Shown here in pieces: positions 46,411 to 56,991 of a stretch of DNA of 64,000 bases. The stretch covers positions 42,371 through 106,370 of the forward strand of contig CAVZMI010000034.1 in assembly GCA_963776275.1 (NCBI GenBank), read 5' to 3'. Every line of letters starts with the position of its first letter. Positions within the stretch are counted from its first letter, which is position 1. Both the position numbers and the translations under genes were made by a program. The notes beneath the pieces are model-generated. The model was not told where the DNA came from. It saw only the letters and a program-made list of their open reading frames with translations, and did not search any database. The DNA comes from Ignavibacteriota bacterium (GTDB taxonomy: Bacteria; Bacteroidota; Ignavibacteria; UBA10030; CAVZMI01).

Positions 46411-47664
46411 GTGACCATGAATCAAATAGCTGAATCATACGTGAAGCTCGTCCTGGCTCTTGGCCTGCATGATGCAGATTATGTCGATGCGTATTATGGG
46501 CCTAAGGAGTGGGTAGGAGAGATAGAAAGAGAGGTAGAGGAAGAGGTAAAGTTTAAGGGTAAGAATGGGTCGCTTGATAGAATACGCGATGAGGCGAAAT
46601 CGCTTCTCTCCGAGCTTCCACCAACAGCAGCTCCTACGGGCGATGAAATCGTGCAACTCAGACATAAGTATCTCACCAAGCAGATTCGAGCGCTGATCGC
46701 CCGAGCGGAAACACTTCTCGAAAAGAAATTACTGTTCGACGAAGAATCGGAAGCGTATTACGATGCGATTGCACCGATTTACCCTGAAGATCATTTCAGG
46801 AAAATTCGAAACGATCTCGATTCGATACTTCCCGGCCACGGGAGAATTCCTGAACGGTATGATAATTTCAAAAACCAATTCATCATTCCCGGTGAGAAAC
46901 TCGATGCCGCGTTTTCAGTCGCTATCGAAGAATGCAGGAAGCGCACAAAAGAACATATCTCCCTTCCGACGGACGAGAGTTTCAACCTCGAATATGTCAA
47001 CAAAAAACCATGGAGCGGATATAATTGGTTTAAGGGAAATGCCCATAGCCTTATTCAGCTGAACACCGATCTTCCGATATTTATCGACCGGGCAGTCGAT
47101 TTAGCCGCACATGAAGGATATCCCGGACATCATGTGTACAATTCACTCCTTGAACTGCATCTCTTCAAACAAAAAGGGTGGGTGGAATTTTCTATATTTC
47201 CGCTTTTCAGTCCACAGGCATTGATTGCAGAAGGGACGGCAAATTACGGCATTGAAGTCGTATTCACTCCATCAGAGCGAATTGACTTCGAGCGGGAGAT
47301 TCTCTTCCCTCTTGCAGGACTTGATCCTTCGAAAGTCGAGCTTTATTATAGAATACATGAACTCTCAATGCGACTCGCATACGCCGGGAACGAAGCAGCA
47401 CGCGGATATCTTGATGGGAAGATCACCGCTGAAAAAGCCATCGAGTGGTTAGTCGAATATGCGTTAATGTCGCATCAACGAGCCGAGCAGCGTATAGAAT
47501 TTTTTGATAAATATCGAAGCTATGTGATCAATTATAATCTCGGTCAGGATCTGGTTAAACAATACCTAGAACGTCTCGGTGCGACGGCGGATAATCCGGC
47601 AAAGCGTTGGGAAGAGTTTGCGAAATTGTTGGCTTCTCCAAGGCTACCGTCGGGATTGCGATAA
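46411..47664 (+). CDS. DUF885-like zincin metallopeptidase
   Basis: HEGYPGHH, IAEGTA, YVINY. Confidence 0.75.
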   Translation: MTMNQIAESYVKLVLALGLHDADYVDAYYGPKEWVGEIEREVEEEVKFKGKNGSLDRIRDEAKSLLSELPPTAAPTGDEIVQLRHKYLTKQIRALIARAETLLEKKLLFDEESEAYYDAIAPIYPEDHFRKIRNDLDSILPGHGRIPERYDNFKNQFIIPGEKLDAAFSVAIEECRKRTKEHISLPTDESFNLEYVNKKPWSGYNWFKGNAHSLIQLNTDLPIFIDRAVDLAAHEGYPGHHVYNSLLELHLFKQKGWVEFSIFPLFSPQALIAEGTANYGIEVVFTPSERIDFEREILFPLAGLDPSKVELYYRIHELSMRLAYAGNEAARGYLDGKITAEKAIEWLVEYALMSHQRAEQRIEFFDKYRSYVINYNLGQDLVKQYLERLGATADNPAKRWEEFAKLLASPRLPSGLR

Positions 47665-47736
47665 TACTACAAAGAAACCGCTCTACATCTGATGGCGTGA
47701 AATGTATCCGAAGAATGAATGGTATTTTTAATATTG

Positions 47737-47770
47737 AAAAGGCGATCCTCTCCTCAGAGACCGCCTTTTT
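47737..47770. terminator. Bidirectional intrinsic terminator
   Basis: AAAAGGCG...CGCCTTTTT between convergent genes. Confidence 0.7.
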
Positions 47771-47813
47771 GTTTTAGTTGATAACCCCGGGCTTAAAGCC
47801 ATGGTCATGTCTA

Positions 47814-48191
47814 CTATTTTAACGCCGCTACATCCTTCACGATAACTCCGTTGACACCGCCTGATGATCGGATAATTCCGTTCACAGTTACATTCCGTGC
47901 GATGAATCCCATCAGTTTTTCATTCGGCCCGCTCTTATGATTATCGGGCAGCAGAGATACATAGAGCTTCCCATCGGATGTAAGGATACCGAGCGCCCCA
48001 CCCGCTTTTGCACACGACTCGGCGCAAGCCTTATGTCCTTCACCCCGTGCACCGTGTCCGAGATAACAGCTGATATCGACAACCTCGCCGGTGATTGTGG
48101 TTTCCTTCGCAGCGGATTTCGGTTTGTCCTGCGATTGCAGCAGTGTAACAAGCAGAACAAGTAGAATGAGGAATCCTATCGCTCTTCTCAT
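47814..48191 (-). CDS. Small secreted protein with a Cys/His cluster (possible metal binder)
   Basis: Signal peptide; DISCY...HKACAESC. Confidence 0.7.
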   Translation of the reverse strand: MRRAIGFLILLVLLVTLLQSQDKPKSAAKETTITGEVVDISCYLGHGARGEGHKACAESCAKAGGALGILTSDGKLYVSLLPDNHKSGPNEKLMGFIARNVTVNGIIRSSGGVNGVIVKDVAALK

Positions 48192-48578
48192 TGATCTTCT
48201 CCCCCCATTTCCCCCCTTTTAATATTAACTGTATAAAATAACTCTTTATTTTCATAACGATAGTACATGCTAGAGAGTTCCATTCACTTCCGCCCTACCA
48301 CTAATACAAATTCCCCGTACCCCATATGATCGATGAAGAAATGGAGAGTGATGGGCTAAAGCCCTTTATTGGGAATTTGGTTTTTCATCCACGAGCTGAA
48401 GCTCGTGGCTATTAATGCAAATGAATTTATGCCCCAGAATAATTTCGGTCTTTTCATCCCCGAGTTTCTACCATCGAGCGGTAAAACTCCACCAAATTAG
48501 TCTGCCTCAGGAGTACACCTGTCCCAACGGTCTACAGACCTCTACGAGCCGCAGGCCGTAGGAGTCGTAGACCGCCGC

Positions 48579-48666
48579 CTTGTCCTGCCCTAAAGGACCA
48601 CTTCGTGGAGCGAATTCCGCCGACTTGCCCTGAGCTTGTCGAAGGGAGGCGGAATGAGTCGAAGGA
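48579..48666 (+). repeat. Multiply nested REP-like element
   Basis: Outer CTTGTCCTG..AGCGA..GAGTCGAAGGA, middle ATTCCGCC/GGCGGAAT, inner CTTGCCCTGAGCTTGTCGAAGGG. Confidence 0.75.
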
Positions 48667-48878
48667 TTTCGTGTTCCGTTTTCGTTTATGTCCCACGATT
48701 TCGTGTTCTTTACGTCCCACGTTTCACAGTGGGACTGTGGGCCCAGTGGAGCAAGTGGGGCCCCCAATGGGGCTGGCGGAACTCCTTTGGAGTAGGCTTT
48801 CCAGAATTCTCCTTGAAATTTTTTCTTGATTTGAGTACTATTGATGAACAACAGTATTAATTCAAAAAGGAGCACTCA

Positions 48879-50801
48879 ATGCAGCCACGTACGATTCCAT
48901 ATCTTTTCGAAGAGAGCGTTCGTAAATATGCCAAAAATATACTCATGTGGGAAAAAACCGGCGATCACTATACCGGCTCGACATACGAAGAGATCCGTGA
49001 GTCCATCTATCAATGTGCTGCAGGACTCCTGCATCTTGGTATACACAAAGGCGATAGGCTTGCACTCATCGCCGAAGGTCGGAATGCGTGGGTAATTTCC
49101 GAGCTGGGGATCTTTTATGCAGGAGCGATTAACGTCCCCCTCTCGGTGAAACTCAACGAACTCTCCGAAATAAAATTCCGACTTGCCCATTCGGGCTGCC
49201 GGATGGTCATCGTGTCGGCAAATCAGCTTGGAAAAATCCGTGAGGTCGAACCCGATCTTCCCGAGCTCGAAAAAATTATTATTCTGGATCCGTTGGATTC
49301 ATACGAAGAAGACGAGATTCCGTTCGACGTGCTCTTGAAGCTGGGGGGCGAATATCTCAAAGATCACCGAAACGAATTCGATCAAACATGGCGGTATGTC
49401 GAAGAAAATGATGCGGCAAATATCTGCTACACATCGGGAACGACGGCAGATCCAAAGGGAGTCATTCTCACACATCGCAACTATACCGCAAACGTTGAAC
49501 AGGCTTCCGCCCTGCTCCCCATTCCCGAATATTATTGTTCGCTTCTGATACTTCCCTGGGATCACTGCTTCGGACATACAGCCTGTATTTATACACTGAT
49601 GCGCAACGGGGCGAGCATGGCGGCTGTGCAGGTCGGAAAAACCGGACTCGAGACTCTCAAGAATATTCCTATCAACATAAAGGAAACGCGTCCTCACTTT
49701 CTATTAAGCGTCCCTGCGCTGGCAAAAAATTTTCGGAAGAATATAGAAAATGCAATAAAGGAAAAAGGACCGAAAGTCGAAAAACTTTTTCAGAAATCAC
49801 TTAACTTCGCCTACGAATATAATGGAGAAGGATGGAACCGTGGGAAAGGTTTGAGAATGCTGCGCCGGCCTCTCTATCTTATCTTCGATCGGTTGATCTT
49901 CAGCAAGATCCGCGAGAATTTTGGCGGCAGGCTTGAGTTCTTTATCGGAGGCGGCGCTTTGCTAGATATCGAGCTCCAGAAGTTTTTTTATGCAATTGGG
50001 ATTCCTATGTTTCAGGGATATGGGCTCACCGAAGCGACGCCCATTATCTCCGCCAATGTTCCCCTCAAACACAAGCTCGGTTCATCCGGATCGATCGTCA
50101 AAGATCTCGAAATAAAAATCTGTGATGAAAAAGGAAATGAGCTGTCTGTCGGACAGCAGGGCGAAATCGTTGTACGCGGTGAGAACGTGATGGCCGGCTA
50201 CTGGAAAAACGAGAAAGCTACGAAAGAGACCATACGCGACGGTTGGCTCTACACAGGCGACCTTGGATACCTGGATGAAGACGGATTCTTGTATGTACTT
50301 GGTCGCGATAAGAGTCTGCTTATCGGCAGCGACGGAGAAAAATACAGTCCCGAAGGAATCGAAGAGGCGCTCATAGCACACTCAGACTACATCGACCAGA
50401 TCATGCTTTATAACAATCAATCACCCTATACGGTGGCACTGGTCGTCCCGAATAAAGATGCGCTCCTCCGTGCCATGCATTCTGATAATCTAAGCTGCCA
50501 CACAACGGAAGGACAGGACGCCGCCTTGCGTCGGATTGAATCGGATATCCAGGATTACAAAACAGGCGGAAAATACGCGGGGATGTTCCCGGAACGGTGG
50601 CTTCCTTCTGCCGTCGCCGTTCTGGGTGAGGGATTTACGGAACAGAACAGGTTTCTCAACAGCACGATGAAAATGGTACGGGGGAAAATTACCGAATTCT
50701 ATCAGAACCGGATCGAATACCTGTTCACGACCGAGGCAAAAAACATCTGTAATCCGCAAAACCGGATGATCATCAAACGATTTGAGGAACACCAGGAATG
50801 A
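48879..50801 (+). CDS. Long-chain fatty acid--CoA ligase
   Basis: YTSGTTADPKG, QGYGLTE, YTGDLG. Confidence 0.92.
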   Translation: MQPRTIPYLFEESVRKYAKNILMWEKTGDHYTGSTYEEIRESIYQCAAGLLHLGIHKGDRLALIAEGRNAWVISELGIFYAGAINVPLSVKLNELSEIKFRLAHSGCRMVIVSANQLGKIREVEPDLPELEKIIILDPLDSYEEDEIPFDVLLKLGGEYLKDHRNEFDQTWRYVEENDAANICYTSGTTADPKGVILTHRNYTANVEQASALLPIPEYYCSLLILPWDHCFGHTACIYTLMRNGASMAAVQVGKTGLETLKNIPINIKETRPHFLLSVPALAKNFRKNIENAIKEKGPKVEKLFQKSLNFAYEYNGEGWNRGKGLRMLRRPLYLIFDRLIFSKIRENFGGRLEFFIGGGALLDIELQKFFYAIGIPMFQGYGLTEATPIISANVPLKHKLGSSGSIVKDLEIKICDEKGNELSVGQQGEIVVRGENVMAGYWKNEKATKETIRDGWLYTGDLGYLDEDGFLYVLGRDKSLLIGSDGEKYSPEGIEEALIAHSDYIDQIMLYNNQSPYTVALVVPNKDALLRAMHSDNLSCHTTEGQDAALRRIESDIQDYKTGGKYAGMFPERWLPSAVAVLGEGFTEQNRFLNSTMKMVRGKITEFYQNRIEYLFTTEAKNICNPQNRMIIKRFEEHQE

Positions 50802-50864
50802 ATTCAGTGTTTTTCATTCATATACTTTAAATAAACTTCTTTCACCTATCGCATACTTCTTTCA

Positions 50865-52022
50865 ATGAAAGCACTGAATTTTGTGATTTTTTTCTCGGTT
50901 TTTTTTGCAATCTATGGACTCAGTAATTATTACATTTACATTCGCGGCGCGCAGTCGATTCCGGCAGGATCGCCGCTTAAAGGCTGGTATGTAATAATAT
51001 TCCTCGTTGTTTCTCTTTCCTTTATTGTAGGCAGAGTACTTGAGCGATTCACACTCTCATTTGTCAGCGAACTATTCGTCTGGATCGGGAGTATCTGGCT
51101 TGCAGCGATGCTGTATTTCTTCCTTGCCATTATTCTTTTCGATTTTCTGCGATTGATGAATTTCATCTTTCACATTTTTCCATCATGGATCACCGATGAT
51201 TACGGCAGAGCGAAGGCCATCACGGCGTTGGTGACAATCAGCGCGGTTGCAGTTCTTCTCGCGGCAGCGTTCGTCAATGCGTTGACCATTAGACTCCGTA
51301 CACTCGAGATATCAATCCCTAAAAAAGTGGAAGAGATGAAAACGATGAACATTGTCGCCGTTTCGGATATTCATCTCGGCACAATTATCGGGCGAAAACG
51401 ATTTGACAGGATTGTCGACAAAATCAACGCCCTGCAGCCGGATATCGTCCTCTTCCCCGGCGATATTGTCGATGAAGACCTAGCGCCGGTGATAAAAGAA
51501 AACCTGGGCGAATCCTTGAAGAATATCAAGCCGAAGTATGGAGTATACGCTATCACCGGAAATCATGAATATATCGGCGGAGTTGAAGAAGCCTGCCGGT
51601 ATCTGATTGATCACGGAGTGACGATGCTCAGGGATTCCGTTGTAAAAATCAACCACGCTCTTTTCTTAATCGGACGTGAAGACAGGAGCATCGGACAATT
51701 TCAGGGGAAGCGGCGAAAGTCACTTGAAGATCTCATGGAAGAAGTCGACCTGACGTATCCGGTTATCCTCATGGATCATCAGCCGTTTCACCTCGAGGAG
51801 GCAGTTCGGAATCGCGTTGATCTTCAACTTTCCGGACATACCCATCACGGACAGCTCTGGCCGTTGAATTATATCACCGAAAAGGTCTACGAGATCAGCT
51901 GGGGGTATGAAAAAAGAGAGCAGACACATATTTATGTCTCAAGCGGTGCCGGTAGCTGGGGTCCGCCAATGAGACTTGGGAACACTCCTGAAATCATAAA
52001 CATTCATCTTCACTTCGAATGA
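50865..52022 (+). CDS. Membrane-anchored metallophosphoesterase (YkuE-like)
   Basis: SDIH, GDIVD, GNHE, GHTHHGQ. Confidence 0.92.
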   Translation: MKALNFVIFFSVFFAIYGLSNYYIYIRGAQSIPAGSPLKGWYVIIFLVVSLSFIVGRVLERFTLSFVSELFVWIGSIWLAAMLYFFLAIILFDFLRLMNFIFHIFPSWITDDYGRAKAITALVTISAVAVLLAAAFVNALTIRLRTLEISIPKKVEEMKTMNIVAVSDIHLGTIIGRKRFDRIVDKINALQPDIVLFPGDIVDEDLAPVIKENLGESLKNIKPKYGVYAITGNHEYIGGVEEACRYLIDHGVTMLRDSVVKINHALFLIGREDRSIGQFQGKRRKSLEDLMEEVDLTYPVILMDHQPFHLEEAVRNRVDLQLSGHTHHGQLWPLNYITEKVYEISWGYEKREQTHIYVSSGAGSWGPPMRLGNTPEIINIHLHFE

Positions 52023-52053
52023 CAGGTAGTGTAATTCCGGCAAAAATTCATCA

Positions 52054-53544
52054 ATGAAGGAGCATCCAATGCATTTTTTCCGATCGCTTTCCAAAAAAAG
52101 TGTTCTATTTTTATTCTTAATACTGATTCTTCATTCTTTTCAACTCGATGCGCAGCGATCCGGCATCGACGCCAGAAACGCACCTGAGTTCATCCAGCCG
52201 CTTCTTATCTATGAATATTGCAGAACCCTTACATCACCGAAATACACCGGGCGTCTCACGGGGAGCGTTGGATATACAGAGGCAGCTCGATGGATAGAAA
52301 CCCAATTAAGAGGATGGGGTTTACAACCTATGGACACAGCCGGACATTACCTGCAGGGATTTCCAGCGGCATATTCAGAAATCAAAAATGCATCGATGAC
52401 TATCATTCTTCCCGCCACTGTGGACTCGGCAACCAGAAAATTTGTCCTCGAACCCGTAAAGGATTTTCTTCCTTTCTTCTCCGCCGATTCAGGAACGCAA
52501 TCAGGAAAAGCAGTATTTGCCGGCTGGGGAATCAGCGCCCCCGAACTTGGTTATGATGACTATGCCGGGCTCGATGTCCGTGGAAAATTCGTCATGTGTT
52601 TTCGCAAGACACCCGATCCATCCGACGATCGATTCACACCCTTTAATGAGAGCCGTAGGCGCATGTCCATTGCTAAGGAACACGGTGCGATCGGGGTAAT
52701 TGCCCTCAATGATGAAGTCCTAGCCCATCCATATGGCGACCGGATCGCGAATTTCATCCCGGTAATGATTGCCTTCAAAACAGCGGACATGATTCTGGAA
52801 GAAAAAGGAACCCGATGCGATTCTCTCAAGGCTGTGCTTCTTCGAACGAAAAAACCCTCTTCATTCGAGACCGGGACTGTTATTGAGTGCACGGTCTCTT
52901 CACATTATCACCCGGATGAAAAGGGATACAATGTTGTGGGGATTATTGAGGGCTCCGATTCAACACTTAAAAAGGAATGCATTGTCATTGGAGCTCATGC
53001 AGACCACTGCGGTCAGTTTAAAAATAAAATATTCTCAGGCGCCGACGATAATGCAAGCGGAACAGCCGTTGTAATGGAAATCGCACGTACCTTCGCTACA
53101 CTTAATGTCAAACCGAAGCGCTCGATCGTCGTTGTGCTATTCGGTGGGGAGGAGATAGGATTGAAAGGCTCGGAATATTTTGTCTCGCATATTCCACAAA
53201 AATTTTCAAAAGTTGCCGGCATGCTCAATTTTGATATGGTAGGCGAGGGCGACGGAACGAATTGCAGCTTTTCTTCTTCTGATTTTAAAAATATACTAAT
53301 TGAAGCTGACGGTCCGGTCGGAACTTTACAGAATACGCACCTTATGAAAAAGGATGAGGCATTGTTAAGCGACTATGCTTCATTTCTGAAACAGGGTATT
53401 CCCTGCCTGTCGTTCTCGTCAAACGGTCCGCATCTGAGTTATCATCAAACAGGAGACACACTCTACCGTCTCAATCCGGATATCATGGCGGACGTTGCCA
53501 TTCTCGGTTTCCGGGCGGCATATATACTGGCGAATAGAGAATGA
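52054..53544 (+). CDS. M28 family peptidase with PA domain
   Basis: GAHADH, GADDNASG, GEE, NFDM, YHQTGD. Confidence 0.9.
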   Translation: MKEHPMHFFRSLSKKSVLFLFLILILHSFQLDAQRSGIDARNAPEFIQPLLIYEYCRTLTSPKYTGRLTGSVGYTEAARWIETQLRGWGLQPMDTAGHYLQGFPAAYSEIKNASMTIILPATVDSATRKFVLEPVKDFLPFFSADSGTQSGKAVFAGWGISAPELGYDDYAGLDVRGKFVMCFRKTPDPSDDRFTPFNESRRRMSIAKEHGAIGVIALNDEVLAHPYGDRIANFIPVMIAFKTADMILEEKGTRCDSLKAVLLRTKKPSSFETGTVIECTVSSHYHPDEKGYNVVGIIEGSDSTLKKECIVIGAHADHCGQFKNKIFSGADDNASGTAVVMEIARTFATLNVKPKRSIVVVLFGGEEIGLKGSEYFVSHIPQKFSKVAGMLNFDMVGEGDGTNCSFSSSDFKNILIEADGPVGTLQNTHLMKKDEALLSDYASFLKQGIPCLSFSSNGPHLSYHQTGDTLYRLNPDIMADVAILGFRAAYILANRE

Positions 53545-53597
53545 GGAAGCAGCGCTTGATTTCACTCGCATATTAATGCAGACAAGGTTGCCTCTAC

Positions 53598-53637
53598 AAC
53601 TTTAAACTTTAAACCTTAAACCTTCAAACCTATAACC
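53598..53637. repeat. Degenerate heptamer tandem repeat (AACYTTA)
   Basis: AACTTTA AACTTTA AACCTTA AACCTTC AAACCTAT AACC. Confidence 0.75.
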
Positions 53638-53650
53638 CGTTGGTTTCTTG

Positions 53651-54142
53651 TTATTTCACCTCTTCAAACTCTCCTGTTTTTCTGTTCTTTCGTACGTTAT
53701 CCCAGTTAAAATATCGTCCGTTCATGACAATGTAAACGCCATTCGGAAGTGTTTCAGTAAATGCAAGAGCGCTTCCGAGGTTGAATAATCCGTCGGAGCT
53801 TCCGAATTTATATGGAATCATGGCGCCGGTCAGGACGATTGTCTTATTATGGATATTCTCTCCGAGAATCCGGGCCGTGATAGCCATCGTATCCGTTCCA
53901 TGCGTGATCAGGATGCGGTCGCTCTTCGCACGTTTACAGGAATTTAGAATTATCTGCCGATCTCTATCCGTCATCCGGAGACTGTCAATCATCATAAGTA
54001 CTCTGATTTTAACGTCGACTTTCGAGCGGCCGAGTCTCAACATTTCATAAAGATGAGTGTCTTTGAAGAAAAGCTTTCCATCCAGCTCATGATATTCCTT
54101 ATCGAATGTGCCACCCGTAATAAAGATCTGTATTGTTGCCAT
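53651..54142 (-). CDS. Short asparaginase N-terminal domain protein
   Basis: TGGT, HGTDT, LTGAM. Confidence 0.9.
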   Translation of the reverse strand: MATIQIFITGGTFDKEYHELDGKLFFKDTHLYEMLRLGRSKVDVKIRVLMMIDSLRMTDRDRQIILNSCKRAKSDRILITHGTDTMAITARILGENIHNKTIVLTGAMIPYKFGSSDGLFNLGSALAFTETLPNGVYIVMNGRYFNWDNVRKNRKTGEFEEVK

Positions 54143-54349
54143 GACTGTCTGACCTACTAATTTTAGATGTACTGTTTTAAGTAATCCGAATGATTTGAGT
54201 GAGACTTAAAATAATAAAAATGAGTATCGTGTGCAAGAAACCGCCGCGGACGTATTATATTGCTTTTTTCAACTCGAATTGCTACCATAAATCACACAAC
54301 ATTCGTCGACATCGCGGACAATTAACATTCTTTATTCACAACCGGTTCC

Positions 54350-54976
54350 ATGTCCCATATCGAATTTCAATTATCGAAGAGATTATTTGCCTGGCTTTCA
54401 TCTCATAAAAATACAGCCTACGAAGCATTAATAGCACCGCGGAAAAAGATGCTGCTTGGATCGCTCAAAGGAACTATAGTAGAAATTGGTGCGGGAACCG
54501 GTGCTAATCTCCATTACTATCCTCAAGGGATCAATTATATCGCAGTCGAACCGAATACATTCATGCACGGTTATCTGAAAAAAGAAGCTGCGAGTCTGGG
54601 GATAATGATAGATATTCGAGATTGTGCTGCAGAAGATATAAGGATTAAAGATGGAAGTATCGATGCTGTTGTGGGAACTCTCGTACTCTGTTCTGTAGCC
54701 AATCAGTCTAAGGTACTCCGGGAGATTTTCCGCATATTAAAACCGGGAGGAACGTATTGTTTCATTGAACACGTGGCTGCACCGAAGAAAAGCGCTTTAA
54801 GAGCGATTCAACATTTACTGCGTCCGTGCTGGAGACTTATAAGCGACGGCTGCTACCCCGACCGGGAGACCCTGGCAGTAATTCAGATGAGCGGATTCAC
54901 TACTATTGATTATGAATCATTCCGTACCGGCGCGCCGGTTGTGAGTCCACACATCGCCGGTCGGGCTGTAAAATAA
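54350..54976 (+). CDS. Class I SAM-dependent methyltransferase (METTL7-like)
   Basis: EIGAGTG, LVLCSV, RILKPGG, FIEH. Confidence 0.9.
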   Translation: MSHIEFQLSKRLFAWLSSHKNTAYEALIAPRKKMLLGSLKGTIVEIGAGTGANLHYYPQGINYIAVEPNTFMHGYLKKEAASLGIMIDIRDCAAEDIRIKDGSIDAVVGTLVLCSVANQSKVLREIFRILKPGGTYCFIEHVAAPKKSALRAIQHLLRPCWRLISDGCYPDRETLAVIQMSGFTTIDYESFRTGAPVVSPHIAGRAVK

Positions 54977-54995
54977 TTGGAATTTTTCTTGCACC

Positions 54996-56990
54996 CTACG
55001 CTTCGATCAATAGACCTTCGATCTCGTTGAAAATCTCTTCATCTTCGAAAAGATTTTGATGGATCGCTCCTGACGGACAGGCGGCAACGCATGTTCCGCA
55101 TCCTTTGCAGAGCGCTTCATTGATTACGGATTTTTTCTTCTCATCGTTGAACGAGATCGCATTGTACGGACATAAGGAGATGCATGTCTTACATCCCGAA
55201 CATGATTCTTCAAGGATATAGGCTGTATTCGGCTCGAGCTCGACATGACCGGTATCGATGAGTGCAAGAGCTTCCGCTGCAGCAGCACCGGCCTGAGCCA
55301 CCGTATCGGGAATATCTTTCGGTCCCTGACAGCATCCTGCGATAAAAATCCCATCGGTGAACGTGCTAACCGGCGCCAGCTTCGGATGACGCTCGAGAAA
55401 AAAGTTCTCAGATGAGCAGCAGATGTTAAATATACGGCGGACTTCTCCGGCATCGGCATGCGGTTCGAGTCCTACCGACAGAATCACCATGTCAACTGGA
55501 ATCGTTCGGAGCCTTCCAAGTAAAGTATCTTCCACACGGATATTTAACCTGCCGGTAGTCCCATTATTCGACTCTGGATATACATCGGCAACTTTTCCAC
55601 GGATCAGGTGAACTCCTTCTTCCGCAACTCGGTTGTAAAACTCCTCCATCGTTTTGCCGACAGTCCTCATGTCGATGTAAAAATTATATATCTCGGCCTC
55701 CGTGTGCTCCTTGACCAGATGCGCCAATTTCAATGAGTACATACAGCAGACACGTGAACACCACCGGTTTGTATTCGCATCACGCGAGCCCACACAGTGC
55801 ACAATCGCGACCGATTTTGGCTTTCGTCCGTCGCGCATTATCACTTCACCACCTGTCGGACCGGAAGCATTGACAAGGCGTTCGACTTCGAGTGCGTTAT
55901 AGACATTCGGGTAGGTACCGTAGCCGTAATACGGAATGCGTGAAGCGTCGAATGTTTGAAATCCTGTGGCGATAATGATGCTGCCTACTTTAATTTCAAT
56001 TTTCTCTTCCTGTTGATTGAAGTCGATGGCATTTCTATCGGCACATGCATCGACGCATGTTTTCTTGCACTTATGAGATTTGAACTCGATGCAGGTTTCC
56101 GGATCGATGATAGCAATAAGAGGTGTCGCCTGCGCGAAAGGAATATATATCGGTTTCCTCTTACCCAATCCGAGATTAAACTCATCGGGATATTTTGCCT
56201 CCTTATAGATACATTCTTCAATACATTCCAGGCATCCTGTACAGCGATCCTCAATCACGTAGCGGGGTTTCCGTTTTACCGTTACCGTATAATTTCCGAC
56301 AAATCCCACCACACTCACTACTTCAGAGTATGTCCAGAGTGTAATGTTCGGGTGGGATTTCACAGCCGACATTTTCGGAGTCAGGATGCAGGCCGCACAA
56401 TCGAGAGTTGGGAAGGTTTTATCAAATTTCGCCATATGTCCGCCGATGGTCGCATCCCGCTCGACCAGGGTGACATGTTTCCCTGCATTTGCCATTGTCA
56501 GGGCGGCATGAATTCCCGCTATTCCTCCGCCGACGATCAATACATCGGGATGAACCGGGACTTCTTTTTTCTCGAGCGGCTTGTGGTAACGAACACGCCG
56601 TACAGCTGCACGGACAAGATCGAACGCTTTCGCCGTCGCCGCACTTTTATCTTCATGAATCCATGAATCGTGCTCACGGATATTCACCATTTGAAAGAAA
56701 TAGGGATTGAGTCCTCCTTTTTCCGTTGCACGCCGGAATGTTTTTTCATGAAGAAGCGGCGAGCATGACGCAATGACAATCCGGTTGAGTTTCTGCTCAC
56801 GGATGTCGGTTTGAAGCAGCTCCTGACCAGGATCGGAGCACATATATCTATAGTCCCTTGAAACCACGACTCCAGGCAACGTGGCCGCATACTCAGCGAC
56901 TTTCTTGACGTTGATGACGCCCGCGATATTTGAACCGCAGTGACATATGTAAAATCCAATCCTTATCTGACCGTTGTCTTTCTTTTCCAT
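54996..56990 (-). CDS. hdrA: HdrA-like flavo-iron-sulfur protein
   Basis: CHCGSNI, VNIRE, GGGIAG, KTFPTLDC, HCVGSRD, CSRVCC, ferredoxin motifs. Confidence 0.93.
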   Translation of the reverse strand: MEKKDNGQIRIGFYICHCGSNIAGVINVKKVAEYAATLPGVVVSRDYRYMCSDPGQELLQTDIREQKLNRIVIASCSPLLHEKTFRRATEKGGLNPYFFQMVNIREHDSWIHEDKSAATAKAFDLVRAAVRRVRYHKPLEKKEVPVHPDVLIVGGGIAGIHAALTMANAGKHVTLVERDATIGGHMAKFDKTFPTLDCAACILTPKMSAVKSHPNITLWTYSEVVSVVGFVGNYTVTVKRKPRYVIEDRCTGCLECIEECIYKEAKYPDEFNLGLGKRKPIYIPFAQATPLIAIIDPETCIEFKSHKCKKTCVDACADRNAIDFNQQEEKIEIKVGSIIIATGFQTFDASRIPYYGYGTYPNVYNALEVERLVNASGPTGGEVIMRDGRKPKSVAIVHCVGSRDANTNRWCSRVCCMYSLKLAHLVKEHTEAEIYNFYIDMRTVGKTMEEFYNRVAEEGVHLIRGKVADVYPESNNGTTGRLNIRVEDTLLGRLRTIPVDMVILSVGLEPHADAGEVRRIFNICCSSENFFLERHPKLAPVSTFTDGIFIAGCCQGPKDIPDTVAQAGAAAAEALALIDTGHVELEPNTAYILEESCSGCKTCISLCPYNAISFNDEKKKSVINEALCKGCGTCVAACPSGAIHQNLFEDEEIFNEIEGLLIEA

Positions 56991-56991
56991 G

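Noticed and set aside
48507-48875. 122 aa ORF and overlapping short ORFs
   Set aside because: The translation is made of REP-derived sequence (LRQAQGK etc.) with no family motif
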